64,000 nucleotides of DNA from an uncultured delta proteobacterium (GCA_963789265.1 CAWBKB010000001.1:2272001-2336000), one strand, 5' to 3'. Positions 42,761-53,274 are shown, counted from the stretch's first letter. The notes: generated from the sequence alone by a model not told the origin. Program-made: numbers and translations.

Positions 42761-45415
42761 TACCCTTCCTCCCCTAATGAAACGGAAACATAGATACGGT
42801 CCCAACCAGCAGGACAATATTCTTCCGGCCACGGTAGCAGTCTCTGGAAGATGTACCGTGGGCCGGCCGCAGGAATTACCAATCCGGACGCGGGAACTTC
42901 GACGTCCTCAATTACCCGAGCCTTAACTTCACCGACCTCTGAGCCCAACCGGATCCAACTCCCTTTTTTTGCTCCGACTCTTTGCATGTCGTTCGGATTC
43001 ATTCTGACCGATGCGATCTCCCCCATGCGGGCAAGCCTGGGAGACCTGCCGGAGACCACTCCGTCCCCTGGATGAGCGGTTTGCGCTTCCGGATATACTT
43101 TCCAAGGACGGCCGGGCGGGGGTTGCGGAGGAGCGGCGAATGAGTCAGGCGGTGGATATGCAACCCACTTTCGGCCGCTGCAGGTTTTGGCGTATCCGCC
43201 ATCATTCTCGGGATGGCCAAGCAAGACCCCTCCCACTTTTCCAACTGCCTCCCAGGTCAAGCTGCTCCAGGCAAGACACGTCCTGGTGATTTCCTCAAAA
43301 ACATCGCTTGCAGAAACGAAGTCCAGGGGGTATCCAAGCATGCCTGCGAGATCCAAAATGAAGCGAGCGGTTGGTCGGGCGGTCCCCGGAGGGTCAGAGA
43401 GCTTCGAGACACGTTGAACGCGACCTTCGGTGCTTACGTAGGTTCCGTCGGTCTCGGTAATTGCTGCGGTGGGGAATACTATGTGGGCGGTTTCTTCGCC
43501 TATCGCCCGAAACATGCCGGTGCGAACGACCAAATCAGGCAATGAAAGAGCCTTTTGCGTCCTCTGCGAATCAGGAAAAACAGCGAGAGGATCCACTCCC
43601 AGAAACAAAAGGGCCTTGAGTTCGCCCCTTTCAGCGGCTCGGATCATGCCCATAGCGTCCAGTCCTCGTTTCAAGGTCATGTCTGGCCGGCTCCACCTGT
43701 TTCGGAAAAACTCCAGGGCCTCGCGGTCCATTGACACGAGGGACCCCGGGAGCCTATCCGGTGCGCATCCCAGTTCCCAGGCCCCAACTTCGTTGCACCC
43801 TTCAAACAGAAAAAGAACATTGTCCGGCTGTCCACATAGGAGGGCAAGATCGACTAAAAACCGGCTAAGAATATATCCCTGAGTGGCTCTGGCCACTCTC
43901 GAACCAAACAAGAAAATGGATTTCCGCCCTTTACCAATGAGCCTCGCCACCTGTTTGATCTCACTTCTCACCGGGACTCCTCTCAATTGTCCCCTGAGGT
44001 CAGAGATGAATTCTTCGGCATTGAAGACATTATTGAGAACAAAGGTTTCGTCGTGAAGATTGGCGGAGACGATTTCTGTCATCAATTGAGCCAGGCCGAG
44101 AGGCAATTCGTCCATGCGTTCGCGCCAACGGATTCTCGCAAAAGAACTGAGCGAGGTCGTTACAGGATCAAGCTGGACGAGAGCCGCCCCACGTTGACTT
44201 ACGGCTCGGCGAACATTACGAGCCACTACTGGATGGGTATAATCAGGCCTGGCCCCCATCAGTATTATGGTCTCGGCCTCCTGAATCCGCTTCAGTAGGG
44301 GCTCTAGAGGACGTATTCGGGACATGGATGCCGCAAGACCGTCCACCACCGGTCCGGATGTAAACCGGGCGATAGAATCAATATGCGGCGTTTGCAGGAC
44401 AGCGCGGGCCAGTTTGACAACGAGATAAATCTCCTCATTCGAGCACTGTGCACTCACTATGATTCCCACGCTGTCTGGGCCAAAGTCCTCGATCACTTGA
44501 CCCAACCGGCCCGCTATTTCTCCGAGGGCCTCATTCCACGAGACTTCTCGGAAACTCCTCGTTCCCTCCCGGACGAGCGGCTCTGCCAGTCTCTCCGCGG
44601 CTGACAGGGCATCCTGGCCGTAATGTCCCCTGACACAAAGAGAAAGACTGTTTACAGGAGAGCCCGACACTGCCCTGGCCCCGACCACAACACGATCAAT
44701 TAGCTCGTACTCGAGATGGCATCCGGTCCCGCAGGTACGAACATATTCCCGGTGTCCGGACTTTTCCTGAGCTATACGAAGGCCGTCCTTTCTCCGCTAA
44801 TGCGTCGGTAGGACAGATTGCAACACATGACCCGCAGTAATTGCACTCAGATTCGTCCAGCGACGAGCGGTGTGCCGTGCCGGGATGGCCCGAGTAACCG
44901 CGGTCGATGTAGTCTAAAGCACCCACTGCCTCGAAATCCCTGCACACCCGGATGCATCTGCCGCACAGGACACATTTCGTCAAATCCCGGACTACAAAAG
45001 GATTGAGTTCGGCCATATATCGCCAGCGCCTGACCGGTTCCATATCGGGGTCGCATATCCCATGCTCCTTTGCCAGGGATCGGAGAGCACATTCATTACC
45101 TTTGTTGCAGATGACGCAAGCAGAAGGATGATCCGACAAAATGAGCTCCAGCACGCCTCGCCTAGCATTTACGGCGTTGGTGGAATGCGTGAGGATCTCC
45201 ATCCCGTCGGCAATGGGAGTGACGCAGGAGGCAAACAACCTCCCGGTTTTTGCCTCTTCAACCAGACACACCCTACATGCTCCGGAGTTTTGCAGGAGAG
45301 GATGGTGGCACAAAGTCGGTATTTCCACCCCAACTTGCTTTGCCAGATCCAAAACAGGCGTGTCGGGCGTTCCTGCAACTACTCGACCGTTAAGCGATAT
45401 CGTGACGGTCTCCAC
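42760..45415 (-). CDS. NuoG/formate dehydrogenase alpha-like Fe-S subunit lacking the Cys/Sec ligand; apparent frameshift near 44735
   Basis: IPTLC...GACRVC, HPSACVIC, CVLCGRC, CNYCGSC, CSY/CGTGC...LCVRG, PHIDSIARFT and ETDGTYVSTEGRVQ. Confidence 0.85.
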
Positions 45416-45555
45416 AATGGCCCTCCGTATTTCGGAAACTTGGGAAGAGGTTTCCGCTGCAAGCCTTCGAGGTCCGTCCACCCGGATGGACTAAACGTCC
45501 TTGCCTGAAGACCACAGGCAAAGCCAGTCTTGTTAGTTGTTACCTTTCGGCAGCA

Positions 45556-46437
45556 TCACTTAAACTTTGATCGCTTGATCTCTTGAAGGACCGTGCCGAT
45601 TTTGTCTTCCCATCCAAAGGGGAGGATATGAACCCCTGCGCAAATTCCCCTGAGTTGCTCTACTGTTTCGAGCATAATTTTGGCCGATTCGTCGAATTTT
45701 ACGGGTGCTCTTTCAATCCGTTCTATTATGCGGTCAGGTATGTTCAATCGCCCTACTCTTTTCAACATACGTGCAGCCATGCCGGAATGGAGCATAAGCA
45801 ATTCGGCTATGATCGGAACCCCCATGGGGTCCACCCGTTTTACGAATCCCGCAAATTGATCGACATCGAAGACTGGCGTGGTGAGAAAATATCTTGTGCC
45901 CTGCTCCACCAGTCTCTCCATTTCGCGGAGTTCCAGGTCCGGACAGTTTCCGCCAAAACAAGCTTCCACCCCCGACCCTATGAAGAAGCCCTTTTCACCA
46001 TCGAGCTCTTTGCCATGCACATCGATCCCTTTCTTCAGAGAATCGATCACGGAAAAGAACTTGCCCAGATCCACGTGAAAGAACATCATCTCCTGCAGCG
46101 AGTCACCCGTTATGCGATAATCGTCTGTAAAGACCAGAAGGTTCTCCACCCCCGCCGACGAGGCTTGGATCAGTGATTCCTGGATTTCCAGGCGATTGCG
46201 ATCGCGAGTTCCCACCTGGAATACAGGATCGAATTTCTTATCCCGGAGTAGTCGGCAAAGGGACAAGGAATCGCTAATGGCCGCGTCCGTAGCGAAAGGA
46301 TGGAAACGAACACCATCGACCCGCCCCCAAAGGTTGTAGATTTCCTCCAAGTAATCGTGAGGGGTCTTCCCGTGAGGAAGGTGGATCTCACACGTAACGA
46401 TAAACTTGTTTTCCTCCAAAACTTGCTTCAAGCTCAT
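45556..46437 (-). CDS. Divergent MetF-like (MTHFR family) protein
   Basis: KFIVTCEI, FQVGTRDRN and GVHILP align with the neighbouring metF. Confidence 0.8.
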   Translation of the reverse strand: MSLKQVLEENKFIVTCEIHLPHGKTPHDYLEEIYNLWGRVDGVRFHPFATDAAISDSLSLCRLLRDKKFDPVFQVGTRDRNRLEIQESLIQASSAGVENLLVFTDDYRITGDSLQEMMFFHVDLGKFFSVIDSLKKGIDVHGKELDGEKGFFIGSGVEACFGGNCPDLELREMERLVEQGTRYFLTTPVFDVDQFAGFVKRVDPMGVPIIAELLMLHSGMAARMLKRVGRLNIPDRIIERIERAPVKFDESAKIMLETVEQLRGICAGVHILPFGWEDKIGTVLQEIKRSKFK

Positions 46438-46467
46438 GGCGTCACTCCCCTCTGAAGTGGCAAATGA

Positions 46468-47040
46468 TCACTGGGCGAGGCCCAGGAGACTCGCCACTTC
46501 CTTCTTCAGCTTCTCAAGGGGCAAGGGCTTTGAAAAGCAAACATCAGCGCCGTACTTTTTCATTTTCTCGTGATTCTCCTCGTCCAGGTAGGCCGACAGC
46601 ACAATGATTTTCATGTGGCACGTGGCAGGGTCCTGCTTCACCCTTTTGCACACCTCGTATCCGTCAATGTCAGGCATCATTATGTCAAGGATGAGAAGAT
46701 CAGGCTTGAAATGGCTCATCTGAATTCCGGCTTCGAAACCGTCAGCCGCTGATATGATCTCGTAATCGTTGGGCTCCTCCTCCATAGAACGGACTATTGT
46801 CTCCACTATCAATCTGTCGTCGTCAATTACTAGGATCTTCTTGCGGTCCGTTTGGTCAGCTTCCGCGGAGACAGGCATACCCATACGCCGAAGGAAGACA
46901 TCCAAATCCTCTTTTCTGACCCGTCGATGCCCACCAACCGTTCGAAACGCTTTGATGTGGCCTTCGTCTATCCAATTGCAAATCGTCTTGGGCGAAACGC
47001 TGCAATATTTACTCGCCTGATAAACGGTTAGTACGTCCAT
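46468..47040 (-). CDS. Response regulator with N-terminal excisionase/MerR-like HTH and C-terminal receiver domain
   Basis: VLTVYQAS...TVGGHRR followed by ILVIDDD, LDIMMP and SKP. Confidence 0.9.
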   Translation of the reverse strand: MDVLTVYQASKYCSVSPKTICNWIDEGHIKAFRTVGGHRRVRKEDLDVFLRRMGMPVSAEADQTDRKKILVIDDDRLIVETIVRSMEEEPNDYEIISAADGFEAGIQMSHFKPDLLILDIMMPDIDGYEVCKRVKQDPATCHMKIIVLSAYLDEENHEKMKKYGADVCFSKPLPLEKLKKEVASLLGLAQ

Positions 47041-47107
47041 GGCACGACCTCCCCCGGAGCAAGCGGATCGATTCCGCTTATTTCCACTATTACCGGTTTT
47101 ACTAATT

Positions 47108-47124
47108 TGCATTTCTCATGCCAA
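47108..47124 (-). promoter_or_regulatory. Sigma54 (-24/-12) promoter
   Basis: Minus strand TTGGCAT-GAGAA-ATGCA, about 70 bp upstream of the response regulator. Confidence 0.7.
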
Positions 47125-47314
47125 ATATTCGACAGGAAGGAATTCTCGATGAGCAGGTTGCAGGCAAGCAGAATTAGGGCGGGAAAATCAATACGAATCA
47201 GCAAGTGGAGCGGATGTCAGTATCTTTGACAGATTGTAAAAATCTCAGCGAAATGGTTTTCGGCGCGGAAAGAGTAAAGCCGCGTTCTATGCGCTCATGT
47301 TTTTGTTTTTCTCT

Positions 47315-47839
47315 TCAATTGCCGGGTGCAACTCTGGAGATGGCGTTCACGATATTGCCGACAAACTTCAGTTCCTTTTGTCCCTGTAATTTGTTGGCAG
47401 AATCGAATTTCAGAGCACCTACCGGACAAACGCGCACACAAGCAGGTTCCAAGCCGGCTTCCACCCTTTCTTTGCACAGACCGCATTTCTGCATTTTTTC
47501 GTCTCGGTCGTATCTGGGGACCCCAAAGGGACATGCCAGGGCGCAGCTATGGCACCCGATGCACAGTTCCTTGTTGACCGTGACGGCACAGGCTCTCTCA
47601 TCCCTGGTGATGGCCCCGGTTGGACAGCCCATCACACAAGGACTGTCCTGACAGTGCATGCAGGAGGCTGAAACGTACTGAATGGTCGCACCAGGGAACT
47701 CTCCTCCTTCAATCCGGTAAATCCTTCTGAGAGCGGGCTGACCTTTTTCAGGAAAGATGTCGTTCTGATCCATACAGGCCACGGTGCAGGCACCACATCC
47801 GGAGCAAAGATCTACGTCCAGATAAATCGCTTTATTCAT
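47315..47839 (-). CDS. 4Fe-4S dicluster protein (DmsB-like)
   Basis: CSGCGACTVAC, CMHC..SPCV.GCP, CIGCHSCALACP and KC.LC...PACV..CP motifs. Confidence 0.92.
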   Translation of the reverse strand: MNKAIYLDVDLCSGCGACTVACMDQNDIFPEKGQPALRRIYRIEGGEFPGATIQYVSASCMHCQDSPCVMGCPTGAITRDERACAVTVNKELCIGCHSCALACPFGVPRYDRDEKMQKCGLCKERVEAGLEPACVRVCPVGALKFDSANKLQGQKELKFVGNIVNAISRVAPGN

Positions 47840-47841
47840 CG

Positions 47842-50004
47842 TTAAATCTCCTTTCCTCGAACTTTCTCGACCTTGCACAGAGCAGACTTGAAGCCCGGGA
47901 AGCCGGAAAGTGGGTCCAGGTAGTCGCCTTCCAAAAGAAGATTGACGTCGGCCTGTTCATGCCCGTGGTAGATATGGATCACTTCCGGCTGAACCATTTG
48001 GGTAAGATTGGCCTTGACGACGATGGAATCTTTGGGCGTGGAGATGCGTATAGACTCGTCCTGCTTGATGCCCAGTCGAGCGGCGTCGGCGGGGTTTATG
48101 TCCGCCGAGGGATGGTTCGGCCTCAGACTGTTCGTCCAGGTGAGGCGGAAGGTTCTGGTGTGGACAAACATGGGCAGTCTGGAACCCGTGTTGAGAATGA
48201 TTGGAAATTCGAGCGCCAACTCCGGTGTCGACTCCCTGCTGTATTTTGGGGGCGTGTAGACCGGCAGCGATTCAAAACCGAGCTTTCCTTCATATTTTTC
48301 AAGAATTCCGGATTTGAATTCCATCTTCCCGGAGGGAGTCTTGAAGCCCAGCTTGATGTATTTCTTCTCCGGCGGTTTTGTCGGGTTTGGCACAAACATG
48401 CCGGCTGCATGCTTTTTCAATTCAGCGACGGATATGCCGCTTGGCTCGAGTATCCAGTCCACGCTGGGCTCATAACCGGCCTTAAAGAGCGGATCGTCCA
48501 AGCCGAGTCTCGCTGCCAGTTCATAGATAATCTCCACGTCGGAATGCGAATCATAAAGTGGCGCGACTGCGGGCTGGGTAAAGACAATGTAACCCATAGG
48601 GTAACAGCGGAGCTCACTTCGTTCCACCGAAGTGCAGGCCGGCAGCACAAAGTCTGCGTATTTGCATGTGTCGGTATTGTAAATATCCACGTTTACGAAT
48701 AGATCGAGTTTCTCCAGGCTTTCCAACACACCTTTGGAGTCCGGCCACATCCTGAAGTTCATCCCGAAGCCGATCACCGCCTTGAGCGGGTAAGGCTCAC
48801 CCGAGCGGATCTGGTCGGGAATATGCATAGCCTGGGCTTCTTCATCGACCATTTCCATCCAGACCGGGAACCGATCTGCCCCGACTCTCGGGGGCATTTC
48901 GCTCCACGGTCTGCTTTGCGTGAATTCGCGCTCTCGTGTCGGGATCAAGCCGGGAACATGGATGAAACTTGGAGGAATAACGAAGTTGCCCCCCACGACG
49001 TCATAATTTCCGGTAAGCCCGGCCAGCGAAAAAACGGCCCGATAGTTCTGCACACCGTTGGTATGGTGCACTACGGGAGAAGCGCTGGGCATTATTGCGG
49101 CCGGTTTTGAGGAAGCATACATCCGGGCTGCCTTGACAATCATGTCGGCAGGCACTCCGGTGAGTTCTTCGCCTCTGACCGGGGTAAACTTTTGAACATA
49201 CTCTTTATAATCGTTAAAACCATGAGAATAGTCGGCTACAAAATCCCGGTCATAAAGGCTCTCGTTTATGATCACGTTCGCCATTGCCAATGCCAACGCT
49301 CCATCCGTCCCGGGCCTGACCGGCAAGTGAATATCTGCAAGAGCCGTAGTTGGAGTCTGCCTCGGGTCCACGACTATGAGCATCATGCCTCTGTTCTTGC
49401 CTTTCAGGATGGCTCTGGCGTGGCCCGGATTTGTGTGAAACGGGTTGGCGCTCCAGACTAGAAGACAGTTCGTATTGCTTATATCCGGTCCGCCCGGCAG
49501 GCCGAAGGTGAGCTTCTGAGCCATGGCCATTGCCTGGAAGCAGGTGCTGGATTCCGACATATAGTTAGGCGAGCCGAAAGAGTGGGCTAAACGCTTGAGA
49601 TACGGTCTGAAGTATTTTGTATAGCCCGCGAAAAAGATTACAGACTCGGGGCCGCTTTCCCTCTTGATTTCATTGAACTTGAGAGCAATGGTGTCCAAGG
49701 CTTCGTCCCAGGATATGGGCTCGAATTTTCCGGACCCTCTGGCACCGATCCTTCTGAGCGGCGTCTTCAGACGATCTTCGCTGTACACATATTGCCTTTG
49801 CGCAGCCCCTTTGGGACATAGTGTACCAACGCTGTAAGGGTTTTCTTTACTCCCTTCCACCTTGATAATTTTCCCGTCCTTCACGTACAGGTCCAGGCCG
49901 CACTGGGTCAGAGGATCGCAGATGCCGCAGATGGATTTCCTCACCTCTATACCCGTTTCAGGGCCGGGGATTTTTCCTCGCAACAGACTATGAAGATCCG
50001 TCAT
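47842..50004 (-). CDS. Cytoplasmic molybdopterin (Mo/W-bis-PGD) oxidoreductase catalytic subunit
   Basis: CGICD...C...LCPKG, ESSTC (candidate Cys ligand), VDPR, PGTDGA and NPADA. No twin-arginine signal. Confidence 0.9.
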   Translation of the reverse strand: MTDLHSLLRGKIPGPETGIEVRKSICGICDPLTQCGLDLYVKDGKIIKVEGSKENPYSVGTLCPKGAAQRQYVYSEDRLKTPLRRIGARGSGKFEPISWDEALDTIALKFNEIKRESGPESVIFFAGYTKYFRPYLKRLAHSFGSPNYMSESSTCFQAMAMAQKLTFGLPGGPDISNTNCLLVWSANPFHTNPGHARAILKGKNRGMMLIVVDPRQTPTTALADIHLPVRPGTDGALALAMANVIINESLYDRDFVADYSHGFNDYKEYVQKFTPVRGEELTGVPADMIVKAARMYASSKPAAIMPSASPVVHHTNGVQNYRAVFSLAGLTGNYDVVGGNFVIPPSFIHVPGLIPTREREFTQSRPWSEMPPRVGADRFPVWMEMVDEEAQAMHIPDQIRSGEPYPLKAVIGFGMNFRMWPDSKGVLESLEKLDLFVNVDIYNTDTCKYADFVLPACTSVERSELRCYPMGYIVFTQPAVAPLYDSHSDVEIIYELAARLGLDDPLFKAGYEPSVDWILEPSGISVAELKKHAAGMFVPNPTKPPEKKYIKLGFKTPSGKMEFKSGILEKYEGKLGFESLPVYTPPKYSRESTPELALEFPIILNTGSRLPMFVHTRTFRLTWTNSLRPNHPSADINPADAARLGIKQDESIRISTPKDSIVVKANLTQMVQPEVIHIYHGHEQADVNLLLEGDYLDPLSGFPGFKSALCKVEKVRGKEI

Positions 50005-51263
50005 GAGCTCTGAACCTCCATTAGGACATTTTGTATCAAATGATTTTGAATTACGGGCAGGGCACCAAACGCCGAGGGGCCGGTTTGCCTCAGCCCCTTT
50101 ATCAGCGCACTTTTGATGACCCCGGATTCTGCGTAGCTATCAAAAAGGTTGGCTCCGACAAGGCGCCCATCTTTCCAGAAGAGCTGCACAAATCTTTTTC
50201 CGTCATATTTTTGCTGGATGCTGTCCATACCATTCACATAGCCGATGCCTACAAAATCCATTCCCATGAAACGAGTAATCACACAGGGAATGTCTCCCGG
50301 AAAAGTCTCGTCTCCGCCGGCCATGTTTCTCCCTGCGGTGCGCCCCTGGTAACGAGCGTTCGCCCACAAGCCGATAATCTGCACCCTCTGGAGAGCATCC
50401 ATCCCCTGAGCCACATCCCCGGCGGCATAAAGCCCGGGCGAATTTGTTCTCATGTGATCGTCTACCAATATCCCTTTGTCAGTCGCAACCTGTTTTGTAT
50501 CCATGAACTCCACGTTAGCACGAATCCCTGTGCACATCACCAAAAGGTCCGCTACTTCAGTTTTAGAGCTGTCGTTGAAATGAACTCGTACGGCTCGAGA
50601 GATTTCTTCCACTTTCTCGACACCGGCTCCAAATCGAAGCTTTATCCCCTTTTTTCTCAAACGTTCTTCGATCACCCGGGCACATTGAGGATGGGCAGCC
50701 ATTGGAAAGATGTGCTGAGCAAGATCGGCAAGACACACTTCCACTCCGGCATCATAGAAGAGTTCCACCAATTTTATCCCCACCATAGAAGCCCCAACGA
50801 CAAGTGCTTTCTTTGGCTTCGCGGCGATGGCCTCCCTTAGCCGAATTGCATCGTCTACTGTCCTTAGTGTGTAGACTTTGTCTGAATCCATGCCTTCAAC
50901 TGGAGGCAAAAACGGAGTAGCGCCGGTACTGACGAGGCACTGATCGTAATTAAGCGCCAACCCGGATTTACAGGTCACTATCTTTTGCTCGGCGTCCAGG
51001 GTGGCAACAGGCGATCCAGCAAGCACGTTCACATCGTACTTTTGATAGAATTCCCGGTTCGTGCCATAGGGAAACATCCCATCGAAGCCGATTTTACCTG
51101 CCAGATAGTAGGTGGTAAGCATCGGGTTGGCTACAGGCCATTTATTGTTCGTGACTATGTGAATCTTTCCGTCGAACCCACTTTGGCGCAAAGCAATCGT
51201 GCATTCCGCGCCCGCGCATCCATTGCCCACTATAACTATTTTTTCTTTGCTGCCGGGGCTCAT
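50001..51263 (-). CDS. FAD-dependent NAD(P)H oxidoreductase (Pyr_redox family)
   Basis: GNGCAG, STGA, VVGASMVG and YAAGDVA motifs. Confidence 0.88.
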   Translation of the reverse strand: MSPGSKEKIVIVGNGCAGAECTIALRQSGFDGKIHIVTNNKWPVANPMLTTYYLAGKIGFDGMFPYGTNREFYQKYDVNVLAGSPVATLDAEQKIVTCKSGLALNYDQCLVSTGATPFLPPVEGMDSDKVYTLRTVDDAIRLREAIAAKPKKALVVGASMVGIKLVELFYDAGVEVCLADLAQHIFPMAAHPQCARVIEERLRKKGIKLRFGAGVEKVEEISRAVRVHFNDSSKTEVADLLVMCTGIRANVEFMDTKQVATDKGILVDDHMRTNSPGLYAAGDVAQGMDALQRVQIIGLWANARYQGRTAGRNMAGGDETFPGDIPCVITRFMGMDFVGIGYVNGMDSIQQKYDGKRFVQLFWKDGRLVGANLFDSYAESGVIKSALIKGLRQTGPSAFGALPVIQNHLIQNVLMEVQSS

Positions 51264-51441
51264 TAGCCGATTAACTTATTCTTCGCTTCTACTTCGGTCT
51301 GGAATGTTATAGCAGTTGTAGGAGGTAATGTCTCTTTGGCACGAACACATAGAATTTGGAAGGGTCCGCGTTACGGCCCCGCGAGGGGCGGGATTGCCGT
51401 CATTCCCGTTTACGGGGGAAACTTGTAACATCGCTCGCCCC

Positions 51442-51649
51442 AAACTGTCTCAAAACTAATTTGATGCCCAGAATCGTGCCACGATCAAACCTGGTGGGCA
51501 TTTTCGGTGCCCTCACCCCAGCCCTCTCCCAGAGGGAGAGGGAGCTGATCCAAGGTCTCTATTAGCGTCCCCTCGCCCCTTGGGAGAGGGTCAGGGTGAG
51601 GGAATTTCGTGTTACGATTGCGTCCAGTTGAAGAATTCTGAGACAGTTT
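51442..51649. mobile_element. Miniature inverted-repeat element (same ends as 8432-8645)
   Basis: Ends aaactgtctcaaaa / ttctgagacagttt, with internal ccctcaccccagccctctccc...gggagagggtcagggtgaggg palindrome. Confidence 0.65.
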
Positions 51650-51767
51650 CTCCCCTCGGGCCGCAATGTCGCTCCGCAACCGCCGGCAGACACGTCCCGT
51701 CAGTGGCGGGGCTCTAACGGGCATCAGGGGTCTATTGCCCTTCAAAGAGCCCCGGATGACTCTCCCC

Positions 51768-52028
51768 TCACTCCGTCAGGAAACAACCCGCTATGAGATT
51801 GTAAAGCCAAGCGAAGATGGCTCCGCATATCAGACCGTCGAAAAATCCCCAAATTAGCCCAAAGATGCTTCCGATAGCACTAACTCTGTAGCCAAGGTAG
51901 AAGAGTCCAAGCAAGGTTGGGTCTCCAGAGGCTCCGTGCAGGGCAATCAGCCACCACGTAGCGAGGAAAAGGCTCACTGCCCAACCGATCCCACACGTCA
52001 GAGCAAATGCCTTCACATTCAGTTTCAT
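51768..52028 (-). CDS. Small membrane protein (family often labelled holin-like)
   Basis: MKLNVKAFALTCG...GY...GS..G..WGF.DG...AWLYN with an AGGAGG RBS. Confidence 0.75.
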   Translation of the reverse strand: MKLNVKAFALTCGIGWAVSLFLATWWLIALHGASGDPTLLGLFYLGYRVSAIGSIFGLIWGFFDGLICGAIFAWLYNLIAGCFLTE

Positions 52029-52236
52029 GCGCTACCTCCTTTGCTTGTCGTTTGGCGTTTCAACCGTTGTTACGATCCGACAGGGACTGTAGGGCGGCAT
52101 TTCCTTCTTTACGTTTTCCGGATTGTTGGGAAATACCAATTTACGACCCGCTATTAGTGCTTATCGACAGCCGTTTGCTCCCCAAAAATATATATGTGGT
52201 AGTTCATCGCTCTTTTGAGCCGGGTAAATTGTTCAG

Positions 52237-53121
52237 CTATGGAAATAGATCGGGATACAGCTTCGCTCGGCAGTCAGGGCAAATACTGTGCGTGAATTCC
52301 GCGTCGGAATGGTCTCGAATATAGGACTCAAGTTGATTCCAGTATCCCTTGTCGTCCCTGATTCTTTTGCACGCAGAGCAAATCGGGAGCAACCCGGTTA
52401 GCTTCTTCACTTCACTCAGCGCATGCTCGAGTTCAACTATCAACCGATCCTTTGCAACTTGCGCACGTAACCGCTCGTCCATCTCGGCCTTGATCTTTCC
52501 GTGAGCGGCTTCGATTTCCAGATTCCGCAATCGCAAGCGACGCCTCATATCCGAAACAAAGCCTCCAAAAAAGGCAAACCACGTAAGAAGAATGCCAAAC
52601 AGCACGAATAGAAAGAGTTGGTATTGAATCCGAAAACCGCGGCGGGCTTGAAGATACTCCACCACGAGGAGTGATGCATAAAGCCCCATAACGCAGGCTG
52701 CCACCGACAGATACTGTCCCCGCGTGAGACGAAGCATTCCAAAGCTGAAAGCAGGGACATAGAACATCAAGATAATCGGCCGCACTTCCGGTAAGGCATA
52801 CATCGGCACAAGACCCCAAGCAGCGGAATAGACGATCTGCTCTCTAGTAAGGGACGGATCAGAAAAACGCAAATTGACGCCTGTATAGATCAACGCGAAG
52901 AAGATTATGTTGCCGGCCAGGCCAATGCCTATGAACGTCGCCCACTCATGCGCCGACATACGGCCGAGTCCAAGCCGAGTGGCCAGAAACGCAGCGAAAG
53001 TCACCACCGCGTAAGTGGCCACGGCCATTGCGAAACGTCTCAAACGGAGCGACTGGGCTTTTCGCGTCGCCGCCTCTTGTGCCGCTGGGTCTTTCTGCAC
53101 ACTGATTGGCATGTTGGTCAC
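52237..53121 (-). CDS. Multi-pass membrane sensor-like protein with C-terminal Cys/His-rich domain
   Basis: About 5-6 TM helices (NLRFSDPSLT), a coiled coil, then LLPICSACKRIRDDKGYW...FTHSICPDC. Confidence 0.8.
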   Translation of the reverse strand: MTNMPISVQKDPAAQEAATRKAQSLRLRRFAMAVATYAVVTFAAFLATRLGLGRMSAHEWATFIGIGLAGNIIFFALIYTGVNLRFSDPSLTREQIVYSAAWGLVPMYALPEVRPIILMFYVPAFSFGMLRLTRGQYLSVAACVMGLYASLLVVEYLQARRGFRIQYQLFLFVLFGILLTWFAFFGGFVSDMRRRLRLRNLEIEAAHGKIKAEMDERLRAQVAKDRLIVELEHALSEVKKLTGLLPICSACKRIRDDKGYWNQLESYIRDHSDAEFTHSICPDCRAKLYPDLFP

Positions 53122-53274
53122 CGTGGGATATCCTGCTGAGAGGCCAAGTTTGAGTTCAGCCGGCGTAGGATGCGGTCACCAGGAGAAACCGTCCCGCGAG
53201 ACGCGGGACTATTCGCAGGTTACTGAGCATAACTCAGTGAAGGCTCTTGAGGCAACTAAAATCTCTGATGCCGG

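Noticed and set aside
51768..52028. Prophage signalled by a holin-like gene
   Set aside because: No endolysin, integrase or structural phage genes in the window.
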